Assembly: GCF_009914755.1 (NCBI RefSeq) | Contig: NC_060928.1 | Length of the DNA: 64,000 nucleotides | Origin: the human T2T-CHM13v2.0 reference genome, Homo sapiens | Reading direction: 5' to 3' (one strand) | Shown: positions 23,094-52,875 of the stretch, piece by piece | Position numbering within the stretch: the stretch's first letter is position 1 | Layout: each line of letters starts with the position of its first letter | Translations under genes and position numbers: made by a program | The notes under the pieces: model-generated | What the model was told of the DNA's origin: nothing | Seen by the model: the letters and a program-made list of their open reading frames with translations, nothing else | Database searches by the model: none

Positions 23094-24651
23094 CTAATAA
23101 TCTGTAAACATGATTTTATTGTACTTTTTTTTAATTGAAGAAGTTATACAAGAATGTGGTAATAACATCACATATTTATAGATGGATATGTGGGAAAAGT
23201 AAACCTTACTCCAAAACAAAACACTGCAACCCCCCTTTCCCCGTTTTGTTTACATAAATGGGAGCCTACTATCCACATTGCTTTACATCATGCCTTTTTA
23301 ATAATAATTAAAGGAAGACCTGGGTGATTGTCAAGTGCTACATCTGGAATTTATTTTTCCTTTTAATGAAATTAAGCAAACATTCTTTTGTTTTACCTGA
23401 GCAGGTCTAAAAACAGTTTCATTCTTTTCAATGCTTTATTTCACTAGACTAATATACAAGTTATTTATCGTAACAGTTTTCCTTTATAATGAATGGTATC
23501 TTGCCAGGCACTTGGTATTAAAAGCCAGACTCTTGGAAATGTGGTTCTTCAAATCCATTAACCTTTATTCTACTCTTATCATAATAAATGTAGAAGCAGC
23601 CTGTCATTTTTCTGCAGTGTATTATCTAATATATATTGGGCTTGTGTGACCTTTTTTTTCTGATTGTCCTAAAAGATGCGCTTATTAAACTATTTTCCTA
23701 CAAGTTTTATGAATACTGAATTTCTCTTCTGCTATCTGTCTGCACTTTAACTTCATAAGGTTATTTTGCCTTAGTTCATTTTGGAATTGAGCAAATCAAA
23801 TAAACTCTTTCTGAGACTGCCCAATGTAATGAATGATAGATAATAGTGAACATGAAGGAAAATGATAGATGCATCGTACTGTGATATTCCTTAAATTGTG
23901 TGAGCTTGTAGATTTCAGAGTAATAGACATATTTAATACAAATTATAAGGACTAATCACTTCATAATGCCAGTTTATAAGGAAAAATGTTTATTTTATGA
24001 ATTTATACCACTGAGCTAAACATAATATCTAACAAGCCAATATGCTTTAGTGCTATTACCTATCCAAGATAGTTACCAAGTACTTGTATAGCTTTGCTGG
24101 AAGTGCTTAGACAGTTTCTTAGACAACAATGAATATTTACTTTAAAAAAATATATATTTATAAATATAAAAAGCTAAAATGTACAAAAGTACCAGGGCTA
24201 TTGACTAAATTAGACTTCTAATTGGATAAGAGACCTTGTATGCCAACTTAGAAAATCTTATCTCTCTTTCTGATAAAAACTTGGATGATTATATAGCTGA
24301 CTTAGTTCTTTCATCTGACAGTACAAAATGTTTTATGCATGAATGCCTCTTTTATAGACACCTTCTTCAGTTATAAAAGAGAACCAGGAACACACATCCA
24401 CTTCTAAACATTTGCATTCTCACATATTCTTGCCTTCTTCCTTCCTGTTTCAGCAGAAGAATTATCCTGACCTTGATCACATTCTCTCCTGCCTATTCTA
24501 GGACTTTCCTCTGTTTAGAAGGTGTTGTTGTTTTCCGCAATTCTTTTGTCTTCACTAGTTATAGAGAATGGGGCAAGGCTGAGCCTGACAGTGAGGTTAA
24601 AGAAACCCAGTTGATGGGGAGACAAGGATGCTTTAGTTAAGTATTTAGTAA

Positions 24652-25300
<649 letters not shown>

Positions 25301-25787
25301 GCAGTTTTTATTCTGTTGACCATTTCTTCCTTCCTGAAGCTCTTCTCATTAGGACTATAGATTACCATTCATATATTCAACATCTGAAATAAAGATGCTT
25401 ATACTAACTGAGCTCTGTGTGTGTCAGCTCTGTGACAAATTCTTTACATGTATTATTTCATCCTCCCATCCATTTGATGAGATAGGACAATAATCACTCT
25501 AATTTAAAGAAACCAGGCTTAGTAGTTTGCTGAAGATCATGCAGTCAAGGAAATGGTAGAGAAAGGGGTTCATGTCCACATGTGTTAGTTATCAAAGCTT
25601 GTGTCCTTAAACAGTGCATGTAATACCACCTCCTCATGCCAGGTATCATGTTGGGGCCTGGAAGTAAGGAGGTGAAAACACCTCAGATACAGAGGGGAAA
25701 ACACTTAGTACTCAGGGAACTATGATACAGTGGAAAAACCAACTAAGCAGATAGAATGTGATGATTTCAATAAAGAAGGTATAATTC

Positions 25788-26082
25788 GGCCGGGCACGGT
25801 GGCTCAATCCTGTAATCCCAGCACTTTGGGAGGCCGAGGTGGGTGGATCACGAGGTCAGGAGATCGAGACCATCCTGGCTAACACAGTGAAACCCCGCCT
25901 CTACTAAATATACAAAAAATTAGCCAGGCGTTGTGGTGGGCGCCTGTAGTCCAAGCTACTCGGGAGGCTGAGGCAGGAGAATGGCGTGAACCCAGGGGGC
26001 GGAGCTTGCTGTGAGCTGAGATCGCCGATTACACTCCAGCCTGGGCGACAGAGCGAGACTCCGACTCAAAAAAAAAAAAAAA
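25788..26082 (+). mobile_element. AluY with TSD
   Basis: gagatcgagaccatcctggctaacac, gaatggcgtgaaccc; flanked by aagaagg(t)tataattc. Confidence 0.93.
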
Positions 26083-27598
26083 AGAAGGTATAATTCAAAG
26101 CAGTGGAGGCCTCTGCTTGGGGACTTCAGCAAAGGCTTCAAACAGAAGCTGGTGCTTGAAGGAAGAGTAAGAGCTTGCAACCTAAGATAGAAAGGGAATA
26201 TCAGAGGAAACAGGAATTGCAAAGGCTTGGAAGTAGAAAGCATACGGCATTTTAGGCATTTTAGGGAGTTATCAGAAGTTCTGAATGGCTGGAGCACAGT
26301 TTTGGGGGAGGTGGCAGGATATGAGACTGGTGAGTTAGTCAACAGCCGGATCCTAAAGAGCTGTACTTATTATCATGACTTATTCATGGTTTTCCTACCA
26401 GCGTTCTTTATCATTCTCCTCTATCACTTCCTCTTCCTTCACTTGTTCTTTAAACATTAATGTCAACCAGGGTTCTACTTTCCATCTCTGATTTTCATCT
26501 CACATATTTATATTTCTTCCCAGACCAATTATCCACTCCTGTAGCTTCTATTACTACCATACGTTGATGTCTCCTCAACAGCATCTTTAGTGTAAACCCC
26601 TCTGTTGACCTGGTACTTTCATCTGACTTCCATAAATCTCTTCCTTTATGTCTTGTGGGTCCTTCAAACATTACATGTCTATAAAAGTCTCACTATTTGG
26701 TGCCTACCCTCGAGTGCTGTTTTTGGTTTCTTTTCCTCTCTCCATCTTTTCTCCAGTCTTACTTTTTCTGTCCAAGTTCAGGACCACATTGGGTCTTATA
26801 TGGACTATATTATAATAGTGTCCTAATTGGTCTCACTCTCTGCAGTCTCTCCCATTTACAAACTCTCTTGTATACAACACATCTGATCCTGTCACTTCCT
26901 AATGGAATCAGTTATAAATTTCCCTAATTGCTACACTATGAGGTATTGAGTGTAGAACAATGCCTGTCATATTGCCTGAAATATAACAGGTGCTCAATGA
27001 ATAATTTAATCTTTTAAAATTGAAATTAAAGTCTTACATGTGTGGACTAGATAGAAGGAAAACATAGAGTTTGGTTTTATAATGTGCTTTTAATAATTAA
27101 GGTATTTCAAAGCACTTGACTGTGTAACGTATAACTCAAATATTTCTTGCCTAGAGATTGTGTTGGCAAATGGAAAAGTCATTATACATTAAAAAGAAAC
27201 CTTACATTGGCCATGACTATTAGAGGACCATCAAGGGAATAATGGTTCCATGATTTAGAAGTTTTGCCTAGCTGTTGTTTTTTTTGAAAAGTACTATGGA
27301 ATGATCTCAGTATTTAGGAAAATCCTCCACTCCATCCCCACCAGCATCTATTGGCTTCTTTTATTCTCTTGCTGCAGAGAAAATATAATCCCAGAACCCC
27401 CAAGGTTCAGAAGCCCATGTTTGCCAGCTACTCTCAGGGTTGTGTACATGAAAGGTAGGAGAGAGGAAGGATGCTGAAGAAGGGGAGGGACAGAGATGGA
27501 GGATTCCTTTGTGTTTCTTGGAAGGAGGGTTGCTATTGTGATGAAGATAATGGAGGCTCCTTTATCATCTTGGAGCTGATTAAAAGTTTGGCTGCCCT

Positions 27599-27941
<343 letters not shown>

Positions 27942-28749
27942 CTACACGCCTGGAAAAGGTCTGAGCTTCCAATTTGGAGTGTGGGAGAAGCAGAAAGTAA
28001 AGGAAATGATTCTAAAGTTATTGCTCTTTTCAAACGGGAAAGTAATAATGAAATTGTGAATCCTGAAATGAAAGTGCCAGGATTTATTGTGTCTAGCCAG
28101 GAACTCATATGCAGGTGTGATGAAAATGGCATCATAAGCATTGGTAGAAAAGATATCAAAAGCAATTCATTGTTTGAGTAAGTGAGTCACCTGGGATCAC
28201 ACTAATCCAAACTCATGGCATCTGGAGGAATCTTTAAAAGTGAGTTTCTTCTAGAGGAGAGGTGCAGGCATCAGAGAGGTAATTTGCATATCTCACAAGC
28301 ATTATTATCAGACTTCATTTGTTATCCTTCTAAAATTTAATAGGAAAATATGTAACCTCATAAAAGGTTTTATTTTGTTAACTGTATTAAACATCCACAG
28401 GCTTTTGACTCTGCAGTCACATTATTCGAGCCATTTCTAAACAGCTGTCCGCATTTGCTATGTTCTAAATTGTTTCAAGGCAGGCAGAGACAGCTCCGGC
28501 CAAGATAGTTTGCAATTTATCTTGTGTTTATATTTTCAACTTTCTTTTAATGCATCCTTACCTCTAGCCCCCAAAGCATACGAATTTGGACCACCTAACA
28601 GTATCTCCTTGCCTCACTAACTCTCTCTGCAAATGATAAAGCTGTGCTCCAGAGTCACAGCTCTTTGATGCAAGATCCTGCCTAAAACACACACAGGCAC
28701 ACATACCCCCATACACGAGTGCTCACGTGCACATATACACACACACCTT

Positions 28750-29460
<711 letters not shown>

Positions 29461-29599
29461 CCTACACAGCTGGAACTAGATTGAATCATAGATCTCACGA
29501 ACCTGGAATTAAGTTACTGGTTACTTGCTCCTGTTTACTGAATCTTATGTTTAGTTTCATTACTGCAGTGGAAGGGAGGAAAAGTAGTTTTCAAGTTCT

Positions 29600-30703
<1,104 letters not shown>

Positions 30704-30882
30704 GAAAAATCTTGAAAATGTGAGATTATTGATTCATTTGACAAATATATTTTGGATGCCTAATATGTGTTAGGCAGGTTAAAAGTTTTAGGAATGCAGC
30801 AGTGACAAAAACAAAATCCTGGCCCTCATGGAGTTTACATTCTAGTAAAAGAAAGGAAGAAAATAAAGATACAAATATATAG

Positions 30883-30887
30883 ACACA

Positions 30888-30934
<47 letters not shown>
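30883..30934. repeat. (CA)n microsatellite
   Basis: ~25 CA units. Confidence 0.95.
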
Positions 30935-30935
<1 letters not shown>

Positions 30936-30939
30936 ACAC

Positions 30940-32285
<1,346 letters not shown>

Positions 32286-32954
32286 ATATCAGGTAGTAAG
32301 AAGGATTATGAAGAAGATAAAACAAGTAGGTGCACAGAGCACTTGGGGTGGGGTGGGTAGATTTATATTTGGTGGTCAGAGAACACTTCCCTGATAAGTG
32401 ACAGTCAAGCAGAGATCTGAAGTCTGTGAAGGAGGAAGCACACATCTGGGGAAAGAGCATTTCAGCAGATGTTAAAGCAAATGCCAGTGGTAAAAAGTGG
32501 AACCAGTTTGGTGTGTTCTAGGAATAGGAAGAGAGCCAGTTGTAGCTCAAACATGATAGGAGAGGAGAGTGGTGGAATAAGGTCTCAGAGAGGTGGTGAT
32601 GGACAGATCATGTTTCGAGTTATGCCTGAGTATGTATAAAGGCATCCTGGTATGAATAAAATGTAGGTATTATATTTCTCTGTAATTGTAGACATAGTGT
32701 CTGTTTGTTTGAAGGCAGATGATTCTGTTGACTTACCTCAGACATATTTTCACTCTCTGTACCTCTCTAAGTTAGATGAACATTCGTATTGGAGATAGAG
32801 TCTCCAAGCTGTATTCAGTGTTATTCTTCTTCCCACCCCCACCTTGCCATTTTTCTAAGGGAATAGATTTCCAAAATTTTCAAGTTGCAGAATGAATGCT
32901 GTATTTATAGTTCAGAGCTAAAATTTAAGCTTATTTTAAGAATTCTCTTATTGC

Positions 32955-33214
32955 GGGAGGCCGAGGCGGGCAGATCACAAGGTCAGGAGATCGAGACCAT
33001 CCTGGCTAACACAGTGAAACCCCATCTCTACTAAAAATACAAAAAATTAGCCGGGTGTAGTGGTGGGTGCCTGTAGTCCCAGCTACTCGGGAGGCTGAGG
33101 CAGGAGAATGGCGTGAACCTGGGAGGCGGAGCTTGCAGTGAGCCAAGATCACCGCCACTGCACTCCAGCCTGGGTGACAGAGGGAGACTCTGTCTCAAAA
33201 AAAAAAAAAAAAAA
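32955..33214 (+). mobile_element. 5'-truncated AluY with TSD
   Basis: aagaattctc(t/c)tattgc on both sides; AluY diagnostics. Confidence 0.92.
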
Positions 33215-33724
33215 AGAATTCTCCTATTGCAAAAGTAAGTTTAAAAGGTATGGAAATCAAAGTAAAACTTTTAATTTCAGAATTATCAATAATTTATTGG
33301 AAAATACGTAATAAAATGTTCAGTGTTTATAAATATGTATCCATAGCTTACTATGAACTTTATATATAAAATTATATAATACATATATAATTCAGAGACT
33401 AGCTGTAGTATGCAGAATAGTTATGGTTAAAATACTATGTTCTGTGTTGTTTAACTCAAATTTTTATATGGAACTAGAGAAAAGTCCTCTCTTAATTATG
33501 GCATTAAATGTGTGATATTGGAGAGAACATAAGATTTAGCCAGCAGAGATCAGGTTCAAATACACTGAATATTATTGACTAGATGTATAGCCTTTGGAAA
33601 GTTATAAATCCTCTCTGAGCCTCAGTTTCATCACTTGAAAATAATATCACAGATTATGGTTGCTGTAAGGATTGAAATATTGTAAATAAAGCATATGGTA
33701 TACATCCAAGTAATTTTTATAAAA

Positions 33725-37780
<4,056 letters not shown>

Positions 37781-37784
37781 ACTA

Positions 37785-39590
37785 GGCCGAGCGCAGTGGC
37801 TCATGCCTGTAATCCCAGCACTTTGGGAGGCTGAGGTGGGTAGATCTAGATCACTTGAGCTCAGGAGTTTGAGACCAGACTGAGCAATAAAATAAGACCC
37901 CAATCTCTACAGAAAATACAAAAATTGTGGGGTGTGTGTGCACATGCCTGTAGTCCCCAGCTATTTCAGAGGCTGTGAGGTGGGAGGATTGCTTGAGCCT
38001 GGGAGTTTGAAGCTGCAGTGAGCCATGATCGTGCCCCTGCACTACAACCTGGGCAACAGAGTGAGACCTTGTCTCAAAAAAAAAAAAAAGTACATATAGT
38101 AACTAATATCTACATGTTTTGTATGCATGTAATACTCAAAGTGCAGAAGCAAGGTCTCACTATGTTTCCTGGGCTAGAGGAGTGCCTATGTGGCTGTTCA
38201 CAGGCACAATCATTGCACACTACAGCCTTCAATTCCTGGGCTCAAGCCTTAGGTTCTCAAGTAGCCGGGACAACAGGTGTGCGGCACCATGCCTGGCTCA
38301 GGGATTTTCATAAATATTTCATATGTTGTGGTATACAAGTACCAGCTCACAAGAGCCAATGGTTAAAATATCAGGAATTCTATAAGCTAGTTGACTCATG
38401 TTGGTGGCTTGAAATCAGGTAGGAAATTGGTAAGTGCTACAAAGCTACAGAGCTTTCTTATTCCTAGGCTGGTTAAACATCTACCAGCACACCACTGGGT
38501 GTATCAGCTCATTTTACTCTCACAATGACTATAAAATGGATACCATTATTATTCCTATTTTACAGATGTGGGAATTGACAGAGTAGGGATTTTTTTTTTT
38601 TTTTTTTCAAGAAACAGGGTCTGGCCCTGTTGCCCAGGCTGGAGTGCAGTGGCATGATCGTAGCTCACTGCAACCTGAAACTACTCAAACTACTGGGCCC
38701 AACCAATCCTGTTCCCGAGTAGCTACAGGCACTACATTACCATACCCAGCTATTTACTTCTTGTTTTTTGTAGCAAGGGGAGTCTCCTTGTGTTGCCCAG
38801 GCTAGTCTCAAACTTCTGGCCTCAAGCAGTCCTTCCACCTTGGCCTCCTAAAGTGCTGAAATCACAGGCCTGTGCCCAGCCAGAGTAGGGATTTTTAATT
38901 GTAGCAGTCAGGTTCTTGAGTTCATGGTCATAAACTCTTTGCAATGTTGCTACTGATTGCTCCCAGAGAGGTGTTCTCTCCTTACAGTGTTTTCTACAAA
39001 ACAGAATCTAGCCTCACAATTGAGTGTTGGGACGCACTTTTAGAAGTCATCTACTTGGGTCTTCACCAACACCAAACAATGTGGTCTACCCTGGACTAGA
39101 AAGAGCATGAATCTATGCTTCTAAATAACACTCAGTGTTTCAGGCTGGGCGTGGTGGCTCACGCCTATAATCTCAGCACTTTGGGAGGCTGAGGCGGGGG
39201 GATCACAAGGTCGGGAGTTTGAGACCAGCCTGGCCAGCATGGTGAAACCCCGTCTCTACTAAAAATACAAAAAAAAAGGGGCCAGGCACGGTGGCTCACG
39301 CCTGTAATCCCAGCACTTTGGGAGGCTGAGGCCAGTAAATCACGAGGTCAGGAGTTCAAGACCAGCCTGGCCAAGATGGTGAAACCCCGTCTACTAAAAA
39401 TACAAAAAAATTAGCCAGGTGTGGTGGCGGGCACCTGTAATCCCAGCTAATCTGGAGGCTGAGGCAGAGAATTGCTTGAACCCGGCAGGTGGAGGTTGCA
39501 GTGAGCCAAGATCCTGCCACTGCACTCCAGCATGGGCGACAAAACAAGACGCTGCCTCAAAAATAATAATAATAATACATAAAAAAAATA
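37785..39590. mobile_element. Alu cluster: AluJ(+, 37785-38089), FAM(-, 38150-38300), AluJ(-, 38590-38882), Alu left arm plus AluS (+, 39143-39590)
   Basis: Alu consensus; FAM signature ctgttcacaggcacaatcattgcacactacagcc. Confidence 0.85.
38335..38497 (+). mobile_element. MER63A-like hAT DNA transposon remnant
   Basis: gtaccagctcacaagagcc...gttggtggcttgaaatc...ggttaaacatctaccagcacaccactg terminal motif. Confidence 0.6.
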
Positions 39591-40112
39591 AATAACACTG
39601 TTATTTATATCTCCCTGAGACTTGGATTCCTCCTCTAAGTATAAATAATTGGGATATGATTATATATTAAGTGCCTCTCACATGTAAAATCCTAGTTTAA
39701 CCAAAGCCTATCCAATTCTGCTTCTTTGTCCTGGTATTTGGAGGTCCGGTATCTGCTCCATATGTAGCCCATAGCTCTACTAGTGACAAAGCATTAGTTC
39801 ATGAGTAATTTTACTCTAGTTATTTCATACATGTACACATTTTTTAATAGAAATTATGTAAGTTTTATACTAATAACTTACCATGACTTTGCAAATTAGA
39901 CTTCAAGCTTCTGCAGAAACTGGTTTTTTCACTGATACAGACCCAGCATCTAGCTCAAATTAAACATTTGTGGAATGAATTAAGGAAATTTTCTTCAATT
40001 CAATTCAACAATTCAACTTTGATTCAAATCAACAAGAATTAACACCATAGCTATAGGTTAAATATATTGCATAGAAAAGAAAAGAAAAGGAAAAACTGAA
40101 GACAGAGACCAA

Positions 40113-42839
<2,727 letters not shown>

Positions 42840-43769
42840 TTAGAGAATTTAACAAATCAGTTCTCCAATATTACAGATGAGGAAATTGAGTCCAGAGAAT
42901 CAGGTATACAGAAGCATGTGGCAGATCATTTTTCATTCCCCTTCACAATGGCAGATTTCAGACATCTGCCACTCAGGGAAGAGATTTTTTGTTAGAGAGG
43001 AATTTCCTTGCAATCACACTATTTCAGTAGGTGCTGCATGTGTGGTAAGGTTAATGCTCATTCTGCAAATCCTTTTTAGAGGTAACATTCGTGACTGTGT
43101 CATTTTTCTCCTAAACACTGGTTGGGGGGCTGTCATGTAGTGAGATTGCTGATGGCATCACTAGACCACTAGTCTTGGAGGAGCTCAGCTGAAGCTGGAG
43201 AGAAAAAGAATGGAAATGGAGAGAAAGAGAAATAGTGACAGTAATTCTCCCTTGAAGGAGCACAATTACATTGTTCTCATGACTGGTTTTGGTAGTGGTA
43301 AGTAGTGGTGGTGGTAGTGGTGGCTTTTTTTCAGAAAGTCCCTCTAGTGTTTTTAAGACCTTGGGCTCTGAAGTTGCATGGTTTGAGTTCAAATTTGGGC
43401 TCTGAATCTTGCTCAGTGTGTGACTTTGGCCTGGTTACTTCCTCTCTAACTATCAGTTTCATTGTCTATAAATTGGGGATAATATGTTTAGCATATTGCT
43501 ATGGTGAGAATTTATGCATACAAAGTGCTGTGCACATAGTAAATAGTTCATATTCACAAACATTAGTTATTTTTCATAACTAAAAGAAAAATGCTAACAC
43601 TCTATAATGCTTGATTTAATAACATATTAGACTATTGTATGTCCAGGAAATATGTAAGTTCTCTCTGTAAATCTGCTGCCTTTCATTGCAGCAAATCTTT
43701 GCATATACATGCACATAGAGCACATGGTTTGTATTTTATTTTTGTGAAATGTAAATATCCACCTATCCT

Positions 43770-44330
43770 CTATCTCAATTATCAGTTGCTGCATAACAAC
43801 CATTCCAATGTTCAGGGCTTTAAAACAGTAGCTATCATTTATTTGCTCCCGATTCTGAGATTTGTGCAGGACTTGGCAGTTTGCTCCACATGGCATCAGC
43901 TGGAGCAGCTTGACTGGGGTTGGATGATCCACTTCCAAGGTGGCCTATTCACATGACTGGTACATTGGTGCTAGTTGGTGGAGTTTGATGGGAGAAGTGG
44001 TTCAGTTCTTGCTCAGCTGAGTTCCTCAGTTCTTGCTGCCAGCTGGGTTCTTAGTTCTCTTACATGTGGCCTCACCATATAGATGACTTGGGCTTCTTCC
44101 TGGCTTGGTAGTCGAAGGAGTTGGACTATGTATGTTAGGATTTTCTTCCATTTGTACAAAAGGAGGAAGCTCAAGGTTTCTTAAGACTTAGGCCTGGAAC
44201 TGGCACAGGACAACTTTAGCTGTATTCTATTGGTTAAAATGTGTCAGATTCAAGAAGAGATGGCAGTAAAGGATGTAAATAGCAGGAGATTTGGTTCATC
44301 GGGGTACATCGATAGAACAAACTACCATAC
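43770..44330 (-). mobile_element. MLT1 (MaLR) LTR
   Basis: ttgctgcataacaacca...tccacatggcatcagctgg...cttccaaggtggcctattcacatgactgg...ggaactggcacag...tattctattggttaaa. Confidence 0.75.
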
Positions 44331-44470
44331 CATTCATCTAACATAAATATTTAGCAACCTTGATGTATAAGAGAATACTCATTTACTAATTCCACAATTA
44401 TGTACTGAGGATCTGTCCTGTGCCCAGGTTTATAGTAGGCACTGTGGATACACAATTGAATAAGACATGA

Positions 44471-44832
<362 letters not shown>

Positions 44833-44963
44833 TCAGTAGTTCCTTACTTAACAGGTGCTGTGAGAGTAGTAAGGGCTGTATGCTGCAGGTAGCTAGCAGG
44901 AACCTTAACCTAGTCTGCAGGTTCAGGAGAGTTCTGAATTGTGAGTTAAAAACTACATTCTAG

Positions 44964-45525
44964 CTCTTCCTCTGGGCTGCCTACCGAGGTGGCAGCCATC
45001 TCCTCCTCAGCATCACGGCTGCCCTCAGACCCGTTGTGAAGCCCAAGATCATTAAAAAGAGAACCAAGAAGTTCATCCGGCACCAGTCAGACCCATATGT
45101 CAAAATGAAGCGTAACTGGTGGAAACCCAGAGGTATTGACAACAGGGTTCATAGAAGGTTCAAGGCCCAGATCTTGATGCCCAACATTGGTTATGGGAGC
45201 AACAACAACAAACAAACAAACAAACAAACAAAAAAACAAAAAACAAAGCACATGCTGCTAGTGGCTTCCGCAAGTTCCTGGTCCAGAACATCAAGGAGCT
45301 GGAAGTGCTGCTGATGTGCAACAAATCTTACTGTGCTGAGGTCGCTCACAAAAACCAAGAACCGCAAAGCCATCATGGAAAGTTCTGTCCAGCTGGCCAT
45401 CAGAGTCACCAACCCCAATGCCAGGCTGTGCAGCAAAGAAAATGAATAGATAGCTCATATGCACGTTTTGTGTTTAAATAAAACCGTAAAAACTGCCAAG
45501 AACACAAAAACAAACAAAAAAACTC
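44964..45525 (+). pseudogene. RPL32P13: Full-length processed pseudogene of ribosomal protein L32
   Basis: Starts with TOP-like CTCTTCC; start codon mutated to ACG (45015); encodes [43 protein letters not shown]; frameshifts; TAG 45447-45449; AATAAA 45477-45482; A-rich tail; TSD CTACATTCTAG at 44953-44963 and 45526-45536. RPL32 identity is firm; the P13 number is inferred from the locus. Confidence 0.9.
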
Positions 45526-45624
45526 CTACATTCTAGAAGAGTCCATTGTAAGGAGAGAAGCAGAGTTAAAATAGGCAAAAAAGTCTGATTTGTCTGGATA
45601 TTTAATGGTTTGATGCACTTAGAA

Positions 45625-47472
<1,848 letters not shown>

Positions 47473-48044
47473 AAAGTATTATTCTCTTAATGGATATTAT
47501 CACATATTACAACCATAGTTTTTCTAGCAAAAACTGTTTATCATGTGCTTCTATATGCAGAGATCCAGTTTTGCCTTCTTCTCCCAGGCAGAAATTCTCA
47601 GGAGAAAGAGATTAGGTCAACTCCCTTTGATTCACTGAGCTGACTATTTCCACTAGGCTTTTCTCTAACCAATAGGCTTCTTTCCAGCAAGCCCAAGCAT
47701 CCCTTCAGTTGGCCCTCTTCAGAGAGCTCCCTTTTCGTTGCATAGCCATCCTGACAAAGCAAAGCCTGCTCTGTCCATGCTGCTTCTTAGGGCTGGACCT
47801 GGGCAATGTGGTCAGGATCGGTGGGCCCTCTTTAGCGATAGGGTGGCAGAGCAGTCCGTCTGTCATCATCATAGTCAGTGCTTTTATGCCTCTGTCCATA
47901 CAGACGCCTAGTGTAAGCATTGCTCGTCAATTTTGTTTTGGGTATAACTAAAACTTTTTGTTTGTTTTTCTTTCCACTTGGATTTCATTATTCTTCATTT
48001 GAAATGACTGGTTTGTAAATCTTTAAAATTGGCTTTGGGTTCAG

Positions 48045-49313
<1,269 letters not shown>

Positions 49314-49790
49314 TGAGATCCGTCAGGACTACCAAGTCAGGCCAAGGCCCAAATGTTGACTCTGATACTTGGCATGAAGAATATGGAATTTTAATCTTCT
49401 TCAGACTGTAAAAGAAAATCTTTTCCTATATTAGCTCAATACAGTGTGTAGTCAATGACAGAGTTATTAGTGAAATAGCTTCTTCTACAGGCTGACCATT
49501 TTAATGGTGTTTTATATAGCCTTTCCTTTTTGGGGACAGAAACATGAAAGTGCGGGCAGTTTACTTTGGCTGATACCTGATAATTTCATTATGGTAGAAT
49601 CCTGAATAACTTGCCTTGTTCATTCTTTTAATTATTATTTACATATTTTCTTTCAGTTCTACAATATTGGTTTTTCACATTAAAAGAATGTTAAAATTCG
49701 AGACCATTATAAAAGACTATGATGTCTTTTATAGTTCTCTCCTCTAAAGATAACTTCCTTATATTATATTGCTTAAACTAACACATGTAA

Positions 49791-50519
<729 letters not shown>

Positions 50520-50539
50520 TAGAGGTATATTATTCTGTA

Positions 50540-52325
<1,786 letters not shown>

Positions 52326-52729
52326 TTCTTGTTGTTGTTATTGTTGTTTTTTTTCAATAATCCTGTCCTCTCACTCACCTACCATCCCCTTCTATCAGCC
52401 CTTTAAAGGAATCCACTATATTTTCAATTCTATAGTGACTCTTAAAGAGATTTTGGAAGTTCTTAGACAGGATTACATATATTTAGGATGACAATTAAAT
52501 TAGCAAGTATGGCCAGCTTTTATTGATCATCAAAATGTACAAGAACTAAAACAATTGAAAAATTATATTAATCTTGAGTAATTTTCTAAATATATTTAAA
52601 GAGAACACTATATATGTTTAATTTCTATTAAAACTGCTTTCTTAGTGCTTACATATGATACAAACAAAAAAAAGTTCAAATGTTGTTTGGATTGTGGTGG
52701 TAGAGTTATCTTGGGGGTTAGAAAATCCC

Positions 52730-52875
52730 TAACCCAGGTACTCAGGAGGCTCAGGCAGGAGAATCGCTTGAACACGGGAGGTGGAGGTTGCAGTGAGCTG
52801 AGATTGCACTACTGCACTCCAGCTTGGGCAACCGAGTGAGATGCTGTCTCAAAAAAAAAAAAAAAAGAGAAAAAG
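52730..52875 (+). mobile_element. 5'-truncated Alu (right arm only)
   Basis: Starts at cccaggtactcaggagg; A tail. Confidence 0.88.

Noticed and set aside
45036-45314. 92-aa RPL32-like ORF as a functional gene
   Set aside because: Start codon lost, STR insertion, frameshifts, poly(A) tail and TSD
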